This document shows, one piece after another, positions 27,210 through 38,667 of a stretch of 64,000 nt of DNA; the stretch's first letter is position 1; the number at the start of each line of letters is the position of its first letter. The stretch is taken from NCBI GenBank assembly GCA_004022145.1, contig RCNU01000009.1; one strand, given 5' to 3'. A model generated the notes under the pieces. It ran no database searches, was not told the DNA's origin, and saw nothing but the letters and a program-made list of their open reading frames with translations. A program made the position numbers and the translations under genes. The DNA is from Paecilomyces variotii. Lineage: Eukaryota.

Positions 27210-30200
27210 ATGGCTGAAGATGACGCTGAAAAGGCCTTTTTCCAGGCCCAGGCAATGAATGCAGATACTGTGAGCTACAATACTGTTGAGGAACAAGGTG
27301 CAGATAGTTCAGATTCAGATGATTATGACCCTTCAAAAACGCTGCAAGATCAATTTTCTGCTCCTTTAACAGACTCCAAGCAAGATGAAATACAAGAGTC
27401 TCCCCCAGTTACTGCACAATCGGCTTCAGGCACTCCTCAGCACGGTTCAGTACCGCCGGAGAATGGTTCGAATCAGCCTCTTAGTGGTAACTACCCGTCC
27501 GAGACGCCGTCCAGGACTGAGTCGAGAGCTTCAGCATCTATGCCTCCATCCAATACCCATGTGCAACCGAAGACCCGAACAATAGGGGGCTTTGTCGTTG
27601 AGGATGATGAGGAGGATGACAAGGGCGATACTGAGTATGAGCCACCGGCCGTACTGGGCGGTGGTGAAGATGTGGGAACTGTTTCTGCAGGCGTACCTGA
27701 GCAGGCTGTCTCTGAAAATGCAAATCAAAATACTTCTACCTCTGATGTATCAGTACAGCAGGCCGCACCAGACCTGTCCACCTCGAAAGATGTTTTCAAT
27801 AACTCCTATTCTCCTCCTGTTCCTGCTCCACAAAATGATCCTTCTCTTGTTCCTGGTCAAGATCTGTACAATCCCTTGGCTATGCAGGGCGGACTTGCAA
27901 GTAACAGCCCTGTGCCAACCCCTCCGGCTGCTACTGCCGAGTCTTCCTCTACAGGTCGGCTGCCCCACGATCGTGTTGGCATACTGGAGGATAGGATCCA
28001 AGAAGACCCTCGCGGAGATATTCCTGCATGGCTTGAGCTCATCAACGAGCATCGCAGTCGCAATAAGATCGACAACGCCCGTGAGGTCTATGAGCGTTTC
28101 TTCAAAGTCTTTCCTCAAGCGGTAAGTATCTCATGACATTATTCCTTCGATTTCACCGGAACTCACGAATATTAGGCGGATCAATGGGTCTCATATGCCA
28201 ATATGGAGTCTGAAAACAACGAACTTTACCGTCTAGAGCAGATCTTCAACAGGACGCTTCTCGCAACCCCCAGTGTTCAGCTGTGGTCTGTCTATCTTGA
28301 CTATGTTCGTCGCCGTAACCCCTTAACAACAGACACCACAGGTCAGGCCAGACGAATTATATCGTCTGCTTATGATTTTGCGCTTCAGAATATTGGTATC
28401 GATAAGGATTCAGCTCCTATCTGGGTGGATTACGTCCAGTTCATACGTTCAGGCCCGGGTAATATTGGGGGTTCTGGCTGGCAGGACCAGCAGAAGATGG
28501 ACCTATTGCGGAAGGCTTACCAGAAAGCGATCTGTGTACCTACTCATGCTGTAAACACTTTCTGGAAGGAGTATGATCAGTTTGAGATGGGTCTGAATAA
28601 ACTTACTGTAGGTCTCTTCGTCTTTTTGACGAAAGTTTTGATAAAGTTTGATGAGCTAATACGGTTCTGTCAGGGTCGCAAATTTCTCCAGGAGCGCTCT
28701 CCTGCATATATGACCGCGCGGAGCTCATACACTGAGCTCCAGAATATCACGCGTGATCTTATCCGTACTTCGTTACCTAGGCTACCTCCTATTCCGGGCT
28801 CAGAAGGAGACGTGGAGTTTAATCAGCAGGTCGAGATATGGAAGCGTTGGATTGACTGGGAGAAGAGCGACCCATTGGTTCTCAAAGAAGAAGATATTGC
28901 AGGTTTCAGGGCGCGTGTATTGTATGTCTACAAGCAAGCGCTGATGGCCCTGAGATTCCTGCCCGAAATATGGTTTGAGGCGGCGGAGTTCTGCTTCCAG
29001 AATGATATGGAAACAGAAGGGAATGAGTTCTTGAAGCAAGGAATAGACGCCAACCCAGAGAGTTGTCTGCTTGCATTCAAGCGGGCTGATCGCCTTGAGA
29101 TTACGTCGGAATCAGAACAAGACCCGAAGAAGAGAGGTGCCAAAGTAAGGGAACCTTACGACAAAGTTCTCGATGCGCTCTATGACTTGATCAATAAGGC
29201 TCGCACCCGCGAAGCGCAAGACGTCGCTCGTATTGAAGAAACCTATGCCAACGCTCAACCAGAGAACCTGCCTGTTCAGGAAGAGGACGAGGATGAGGAC
29301 CGTGGGAGTGAATCAAAGGCGAAGGAGTCTGCGAAAAAGGCCCAGATTGACGCGGTGCGGAAAGCGCATGCTGTGCAAATCGGGATTCTTTCTAAGACAA
29401 TATCCTTCGCGTGGATTGCTCTGATGCGCGCGATGCGTCGTATTCAAGGAAAGGGCAAGCCTGGTGAAATGGCTGGCTCAAGACAGATATTTGCGGATGC
29501 TCGCAAACGTGGCCGGATCACCAGTGACGTCTATATCGCCAGTGCTCTCATTGAATATCACTGTTATAAGGATCCGGCAGCGACGAAGATCTTTGAGCGT
29601 GGTGCAAAGCTGTTCCCAGAAGATGAGAATTTTGCTCTCGAATATTTGAAACATTTGATTGATATCAACGACGTCACGAGTAGGTGTTTCTGTGTTCCAT
29701 CTGAGCAGCAGAACTGTGAGCTAATGTGGTAATTGCAGATGCGAGAGCGGTATTTGAGATGACTGTCAGGAAGCTGGCATCCAATCCAGAGAACGTCCAC
29801 AAGGCAAAACCCATTTTCGCCTTCCTTCACGAGTATGAGTCCCGATACGGCGACTTAGTCCAAGTGGTCAATTTGGAGACGCGGATGCGCGAGCTATTCC
29901 CTGAGGATCCGGCCTTAGCACACTTTTCGCACCGCTATTTGACGTCCACTTTCGATCCTACAGCAGTCCGACCGATCATATCACCCTCTCAAGCGAGACC
30001 AAAGACGCTGGTAACAACCGAGCAGGTCACTGACGCACCTGTTCCACGGTATGCCGACGCGCCGTCGACGAGTTCTCCCAAGCGGGCATTCCCGCTTGAC
30101 GAATTGGACGATGAGATGGGAAGACCCCGTAAATTTATCCGCGCAGAGTCACCGCTCAAAGCCGCGGCCGCTCGACGCGTCGATCAACAGAAACAGACCC

Positions 30201-30615
30201 AAGTGGTCAACGGCGGAATTCAGAGCAGAGCGCAGTACAGACCCCAGTCCTCTGCAGCCCCTTTACCTCGCGATGTCGTCTATCTTCTTAGTATAATCCC
30301 CCCTGCTTCTGCGTACAATGCTGGCAGGTTTTCCCCTGAAAAGATGGTGGATCTCCTCCGAAGGATCGATATTCCTTCGTCCATATCACAGTTACCCAAT
30401 GTCTCGCAGGCTATGTATGGAATGCCAGCTGGACAGACGCAAGTCCTTGGGATGCACCCTTCAACTGGTAAGATGCTTGTGTCCTCCCATTTGTTGAATG
30501 CATAAGGCTCCCGCAAAGTGGGAAAAGTACCTGCGGTTCTGCCTGGGATACTATTAGATGAACTTGGAAGACTCCTCGCTAACAGTTCTTGTTTCCTCCA
30601 GGTCAATACCGTTAG
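27210..30615 (+). CDS. RNA14: mRNA 3'-end processing protein Rna14 (CstF-77 ortholog, HAT repeats), 5 coding exons
   Basis: RLPHDRVGILEDRI; HAT repeats (LWSVYLDYVRR, MDLLRKAYQKA, WKRWIDWEK, KIFERGAKLF). Introns ~28122-28175, ~28608-28673, ~29683-29738, ~30468-30601; tiny last exon GQYR stop. Confidence 0.92.
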
Positions 30616-33136
30616 TTCGCACTGTAACGGAAGAACCAAGCATAGGGGCGCCCTTAAGGATACTATGGCCCTCGTACTAGCTCAATCTCGACTACAACTC
30701 CTCGATCAGATTTTCTTGTTTGTCATGCTTTGATGTTATTGAATGTAAATGGACATCACCATATGCACCTAAAACAGGCACACCTGCATGCGAAGTGAAC
30801 GGCGTTGTTTGGTTTGGTGTTCTTTCTCTTTTTCTTTTCTTTTCTTTTTTCTAAAAGCCGGATGGCGACATGCTCATAGCGAGGATTGTGATCGGCTTCT
30901 TGGGTCGGACATTCAAGGAAGGATGGGGGCATTTGTACAGTTCGATGACGGGCGGAAGATTCTACGAATGGAGAGCAATCGACGAGACTCCGTATTTCTA
31001 AGCAAATGGGAGATGCTCATTTAATACTTGAAAAGCATCATCATAACATGTATTGTTCTGAAGCGTACCTTTTCTTATTCCAGTTTACGCAGTGTAGTTC
31101 GGTCCTATTTACACGATGCTTGTCTGAATCAATGTCCAGAAACAAATGCTAGATAGTATTTTCCGCGTAGTTCATTCCATTCTCAAGCAGAGGGTGCAAC
31201 ATTACATACGGTAGTCTCTTGCCTACACACGCAGAAAGTAGTTATATACATCATCAGCGACTGCCAGCTTTCGGTCTGATATTCTCAGACATCGAACATC
31301 TTGATACTGTGACTTTTCGCTGATCTCAAATAGCAAGCTCAAAAGGACTGATCTGCAATCCATAATATCGAGCTTTATTTTCCGACAACAGTTAGCTATG
31401 TCACCTACAGATAGCAGCCACTGGCAAATTAACAAGGTTTGTCCATTCTGTTATGTAACGGTCGGGAATCTCGACCGGTCCAGCTCATTTCACTTTTTCG
31501 TATACCCTGACGATATCCAGAGATGGTGAATATGGAACTTTGTCTATACAGGCTCACGCTCAGTACATTTCCTTATTAATCAAGTCCACCGTTCACTCCG
31601 TTGTCTTCTGTTCTGTTTCCGAGTGTATGAACGCTGTCAATAATCTGCCCTCCAGTTTGTATCGAAGATTGTTGTACTGCACAGAATTTCGGTTATGTCG
31701 AGCCTATTGAATATCCGAGGAGACAGTACTCTGCAATTTAAAATCGGTAGCTAGCCCTTTTACCTTTTTAGAATGGATGCTTAGATATGTGATCATACGT
31801 ACCTGCTTGAATAAACATGATCGCAGATTCTAAGAGACGATCGATTCCATTGTGTTTATGGTTCTCAAGTAGCTACGACTTAGCATGTAAAATTGGGAGG
31901 TAATATACCATAGTCTACTGTATTGGGTCGGGAAGAACATAAATTTATCTCACAATGCTTCCAATGCCACAGGACTCGCTATAGTGTAGGAAGTTCCCAC
32001 ACGACACGCCGTAACAAACAGAACGTCCCTTCAAACCTGGGATTCCACAAGTATGGACATTCAACCCATGCATCGAAGCACAGTAGTATTTTCTAGAACC
32101 AGTCTGGAACCATAGCCATTATAAACATGAGATGGGGTATATTATGTCCGTCATTTGGTAGATCTTCTAAGTAGACGCTGATTGCACATCCAGGATCGAG
32201 TCAGTCAGAAAGTCCAAACCTTCAAAGATGTGACAGGGAAATCTCACTTAGCTCACTATCTCAGAGACAATCCAAATACTATTTTGTGGCGCGTAGTTCT
32301 GCGAGGCATCAATATTTAAGAGGACTCGAACGCATATAGACTGCGTGATCTCGACAACTCCACAACTATCATCCTAAGGATCCATCAGCTCAGGCTTCTC
32401 ATTCTCCTTTTTCGATTCGTTCCTCACTTCTCCTAAATTAAGCAAACATACCTACTTGACATCCTAATCATATACTCCTCAATTCCGGAAATTACCTTCT
32501 GTTCAGAACCACGTCAGTGGGACAACCAGCCCCATTGAGGCTGGCTCTGTTGTTCCTTCCTAAAACGTCTTGTGGTCGCTGTGGACGTCAACTTCCTAGG
32601 AGACAGTCTGTGTTCTCTTTCTCCAGACGCGTCCTCGCCTCAAGGTCTCCTCTTCTCCTCTCCTCTCCTGCTTTCTCCCTCCCACATCTCACCTCTATCC
32701 TCTCCTCCTTCATCCTCACCTACAACTCGAAGTTGCTTTTCTTTCCTGTTCTGCACTGTCTCATCTCATACACCCTTCCACACATCTATCTCTTCTCTTC
32801 TTCGTATTTCTTCGTTGCAAGTTATCGCCATATCGCTTTTCCTACCCTTCAAGTAAGTGTTCTCTTTCTTCTCTCTCAGCAGTTAGGCTGTCTCTGGTAC
32901 CCCATCACTTGGAAGAGAATCCAGCTTTTCAGGTAGGTAACACGCCATCAACGTTTCTTCTCTTCGTTCCTCCAACGCTCCTCAGTTCATCGATTTTGCC
33001 CTTGTCCTTATTGCAATACACTCTGTAGTGACTAACGAGCATAGGTTCTGACTTCGTCGGGTTTTCAGCAGTCTTGTTTCCTTGAGAGCTCCACTCGCGA
33101 CGATCGATACTTAAATCAGGGTTTATACCAGTCGCC

Positions 33137-36100
33137 ATGTCTGGTAGACCATCCTTGCCTGGGTCTCCGACCACTCACCCAATGAGCCCGACCCAGCGTG
33201 AACCCGCTCGCGGTGATCCTGCTTTGGATCGTCCGCGGCTGGCAACAGATAGCTGTAAGAACATCGATCTTCCGCCGACGGCGTTTGCTCTGAACTATCC
33301 GGTAAGTCAGTGATGTTTGTATTGCTTTCGAGAATATGTCTTTCGGTTTCCCACGCTGCTCGGCCAGTCACCTCCCAAATATATTGAGAAACGCAATGAC
33401 TTCTCTAAGGAGAACGAGTGGATGCCCCTCCCCAAGACTACCTCCTGGTTGCTTTCACGCAAGCAGTAACTAGTAGTCTGCTGCTTCTTCCCGAGCTTTT
33501 TTTGATAGTGAATGCGGGATCCCGCATCATCCCCTATTGTCTTCGGCCGCCCAACTCCTTGAGTGGTTGCAACCATTCACAGACAACCATCTTCCTATTG
33601 CTATGTCGCAGCAATTCATCGCTACCTATGCGGCACTTTCACCCATGATCGTTCAAGCTGCGTATCCCATGAATTCACACGATTACTCCGCTTCTTGGTG
33701 TATATATAGACCTATTCGCCTCGTTCATTACTCTTCTTCTTCTCCCCCAAACCACCAAAGCTCCTCTCTCTTCAACTGCCTCCCAACTCGATCATACCTC
33801 TTGCTGCTTCAACCCACATCTCTTGTACCTTGAGACCTTGAGTGTGCTAGGCCTACACGATGCAGAATCTTATTGAAGATCCGGACATCCCTCAGCCCGT
33901 TCTGACGGCGGAGATGATCCGTGCTCCTCAGTTTGATGGGATCATCAAAGGGTTGCCCCGTAACCTGAACTTCTATGGCGCTGACGATCAAAAGAATGCC
34001 GTTCCGTTGGACATCTGCCAACGTCCTGGAACCAACACGACTGGAAAAGAAATCGAGGTCTCGCTGAATGCGTATCCGATTTCTAAGTTTCCTAGCAAGA
34101 CCGTATACCAATACGATGTAAGTATAATTCCGTTCCACAACCCCGGTGACGTCCTGACATATCTGACGCATTTACAGGTCCATATCGGCAACGGCGCGGA
34201 GAAGCGTGCTGTCATCCAGAAAGTATGGAACTCGAACGCCAGGAAGTCAGTTCTTCGCCAGACCATCTTCGATGGTAACAAGCTCGCTTGGTAAGTATCA
34301 TCCGCTCCCCTAGTTGATTCTTGAACTAACTTCATTAGGTCATTGAACAATTTTGAAAATGGTTTGAATGTGGTCGTCGATCTTGACGCTGAGCAAGGTC
34401 GTCGCAATATCACTGGAAAGAACCAATTCCGCTTGGTCGTCCGCCGCACCAAGACGGTCAACCTTTCCGTGTTGAGCGCCTGGCTCCGTGGCCAGACTTC
34501 CTATAGTGAGGATGTGAACGAGGCTTTGAGTAAGTACTGCATCGGTCTATATCCACTGGAAATAGGGCATTTACTGACGGCCTAGCTTTCTTCGATCATG
34601 TGCTCCGCGAATATCCATCTACCAAGTTCGTGACCCATAAGAGGTCCTTCATTGATCCCAAGGGCCAGAAGGAAGACCTTGGAAATGGAGTTCTCGCCTT
34701 CAAGGGCGTCTACCAGGCGATCCGCATTACTCATGTAAGTCATCAATCCGTCTGTACCAGTTTATTTTCACATTAGTCTAACGCACTATTGTAGCCCGGG
34801 CGGCTGTGTGTCAACATCGACGTCTCCAACACGTGCTACTGGGCACGTATCTCTATCATGGGTGCTTGCATTGGCATGACCGATTCCCGTGACATTCAGC
34901 AGGTTATGTGGAACCTGAAGCCCGTCCCGGATGGCTACGGTGGCTTCACGGAATCGGCAATGTTCTATGAAGTCCACAAGCGGCTGAACAAATTGGTTGT
35001 CCGTCCCAACTATAACGGCTGCCCTGTGTCTGATCAGGACTTCGTTATCAAGGGCCTGGTCAATTCCAGTCCTCGAATGTTCACAATTGATATCAAGGAC
35101 AAGGCTACTGGGACGACTAGACGGCTCACTGTACAGGCTTACTTCAAGGAGAAGTATAACATAGACCTGAGGTACCCAGACCTTCCGATGGTCGAAATGA
35201 CCAAGAAGGAGGTCTATTACCCAATGGAATTCTTGACCATCCAGGGCCTCAACAAGTACCCGTACAAACTGAGCGAACATCAAACAGCAAAGATGATCAA
35301 GTTTGCTGTTTCTCGTCCTGCCGAACGTTTGAAGTCCATTGAGAAGTGCAAGGAAACCCTCGATCATTCTCACGACCCAGTCTTGCAGTCGTTTGGCCTC
35401 AAGGTCGAAGAAAACATGATACGCACGAAAGCCCGTCTTCTCCCCAACCCGGAGATCCAGTTCGGTAACCAGAAACTCAATCCTGGGACCAATGGACGCT
35501 GGGATCTGCGAGGAAAGAAGTTTCTCGAGCCGAATAAGTGGCCTCTGACCGCGTGGGGCGTGGGATACGTATCCAACAACCGTCACCCGATCAACCAGAG
35601 CCAAGTCGAAAGCTTCTGTGACAGTTTTATGAAGATATACTCTGGTCACGGTGGCAAGGTGGCTAATCGTCCTTGCATTGTGGAACTCAAGGAAGATGTG
35701 GCTGAAGCCGTTAAGAAGGTCTACACGGCCACTGGAAACAAGTTCCAGAAGGACCCTCAGCTGATCATTTTCATTGTTCCTGACAAGAACTCCTTCACCT
35801 ACCTTCGAATCAAGAAGTCAATGGACTGCCGCTGGGGGGCTCCTTCGCAGGTCCTCCAATCGGAACAGGTTGTGAAGGGTAACCCTCAGTATGTCTCCAA
35901 CGTTTTGATGAAAGTCAATGCGAAGCTTGGAGGTACCACTGCTCGCGCGATCTCCAAAATGCCAGATTGCGGCGTCCGCTCCGGCTCGATGATAATCGGG
36001 GCTGACGTTTCACACTCAAGCCCTGGAAGCTGGGCACCTTCAATGGCTGCTGTATCTGTTTGTGCGGATTCATATGGGGCTCGTTACTGGGGAGCGTGCG

Positions 36101-36880
36101 ATACGAACATGGAGCGTGTCGAGATGATCGCTCATTCCAACTTGCACACCATGTTGAAACCTCTTATTAGAGAATGGATTATGACGGTCAACAAGGGCCG
36201 ACTTCCAGAGCACGTCTATTACTTCCGAGACGGCGTCTCAGATGGTCAGTACCAGCAGGTGCTCATGGATGAGGTGCCGCATATCAAGGCGCTCCTTGGG
36301 GTGATAGCTGAAGGTGCTTGGAATGGGAAATTCACAGTGGTTATCTGCTCTAAGCGGCACCACATTCGAGCATTCCCTAGACCTAATGACCGTAACGCTG
36401 CAGACAGGTTCGGCAATCCTCTGCCAGGAACCTTGATTGAACGGGATATAACCAGCCCAGACCACTGGGACTTTATCCTGTACTCGCACATCGCCCTGCA
36501 GGGTACTTCTCGCCCTGTTCACTATCACGTCATCCTGGATGAGCTCAAACACAAGCCTCACCAGCTCCAGAATATGATCTATGATCATTGCTACCAGTAC
36601 ATGAGGTCGACTACTTCTGTCTCACTTTGTAAGTTGGTGCTCGGTTACATTATTCTTCATCCTGCTAACCATCATTACAGTCCCCGCAGTGTACTATGCG
36701 CATCTAATCTCAAACAGAGCGCGCCATCACGAAAACGTTCCTGCCAGCTCGGGTCCTCAGAGCGGACCGCACATCAAGCTGGACAACCCAAAGCCGAAGA
36801 AACCACAGCCGCTGGAGAAGCGCCTGCTTCCCATGCACGCCAGTTCCAACAGGCTGGCTTTCGGGATGTGGTACATCTAG
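33137..36880 (+). CDS. Argonaute (PAZ/MID/PIWI) protein with an intact DEDH catalytic tetrad
   Basis: Predicted exons 33137-33301 (or an alternative start at 33860), 33995-34117, 34178-34290, 34339-34529, 34586-34734, 34795-36628, 36681-36880. PAZ (YFKEKYNIDLRYPDLP, YYPME), MID (NVLMKVNAKLGG), PIWI (IGADVSH, RVEMI, YFRDGVS, QGTSRPVHY, PAVYYAH), C-terminal MWYI. Confidence 0.93.
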
Positions 36881-38667
36881 ATGATACACATTCAATGGTG
36901 GCAAAATCAGGATGGATGGTCTCCGGGCAACTGCTTCTCTGTCTCGCCGGCAACAACGAGCTGGAGCAAGTTCGTCATTTGCCCATCGTGTTTTTGTCTG
37001 ACATTGACCACTGGGGGAGCGGTAAAAGGGTTAGGTCGTTTCCATGTCCTGACTGTGGAGCATCTCATTCTGCATTGTTAATCTCAAGCCGTGAGATAGA
37101 TTGGAACTGATCGGCTCTGTACTGGGCTTGAACGGATCTGAACTAACTGAACCGGTGCATATTAGCATGGCGGCCCGTGTCTCTTTTATGCTGATAGCGG
37201 ATAGGTGGAGGTGATCTCTTAACAGTATCGGAGGAAATGACCAATACATCACTTATGACCCAGTCTTAATGCTCTCCTAGCCTCCTACAGTAGACTTGTA
37301 GACTTGTAGACCAAGTGTCTTTCTGATAGACGGTACACTAGAACCTTCCTCACTTTGTTATCATGGTAGATGATGGCACAGGAGTCGAAAGAATCATGCT
37401 TAGATTGTAATTTGTATTGGCTATAAGAGAAGAATTGGTAACTAATGTGCAGTATCTGCACGGTTTACTCCTTACATGCAAGAAAAACCTACGGACATTG
37501 GATGGAGAAGCAACGACGCCAGACTGTTGAGGATTCAAGCCAGTCCTAGAATCAAATACCTCGACGACAGAATACCTCCTGTATGCAAGATATCATCGCC
37601 TTCCACCTTGGCATGAGAGCCAGGCTTAGGAGGGGATTAGAACTGTCTTAGCTTAATAGGCACTCCAGCAGAGAGTAAAAGGAGGGGACAGTCAATCTGT
37701 CGAGGGCTACTGTCTACAGAGATCCAGACATCGCAAGATTGGATCAAACCATCCTTGGAGATACAACTTGTCCATTTTATTTCTCTCTTTCATATACGTA
37801 CACCCGGCTGGATGTGTATAACTCCTTGGTCAGAGAAATAAGCTGCGCCGTGATTTCGAGTATAAGACCAATGCTATTAACTCATGGCCTTCATTTTCAA
37901 CGTATAGAAAACGGGCTGATGAATGAGAAGGGGGAATAGAACGATGCAATGGAGCCCAAGACAGGTCGCGATGTGTTGATGATAGATATTACAGAGACAG
38001 AGGGACATTGAAGCAATAGGAGGGCAAAGCCTTCGTCGATGCCTTTGAACATTAGACTGGCATGCGCGTTTAGGCAGCGCAGTCCAAGCAGGAGGGGAAG
38101 GGGAAGAGAGCCATCCAGATGATATTGAAACACACAAAAAGAAGAAACAGAATGACAGAAGACTTCTGCTTGTGTCACTTTGCACAGCTGCCATCATCAT
38201 TATTGGAAGAGAGAATGAAAACAGAAAAAACGGAGAAAAACGAGGATTCCCAGAAGGGTCGGGTGAAGAACAGTCTGAGAACCCACTCCTCATAAGTACT
38301 GCGCCATCCGACCCTCCCACTGTCCCAACACACAAGTCTATGGATATGCGCACATAAATTCCCATATTATCATAGCGCAGTATACCATCACCAAATGCAG
38401 AATTTTTTCCGATCCTGAATGCCATCATTTTTGCGACTCGACTTCCTCGCTTTTGAACCAAAGAACGACGTAGGTACGACCTCAATGTGGCGGCAACAAG
38501 CCTTATCCATGCATCCAGCCTCCGTGAAGCGAGGTCGACCCTAACTACGTCCACTGGAAAATAAACCCAACATGTATACAGCACCCTGCCAGTGGCCAAA
38601 AAGAAAAGGAGAGATAAAACACAAATGTCGAAGATAGGGAAAACGGAAATGAGGTAGATGTAAAAGA

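Noticed and set aside
31000-32500. AT-rich gap upstream of the Argonaute as a possible transposon relic
   Set aside because: No terminal repeats, target duplication or transposase/RT fragments seen.
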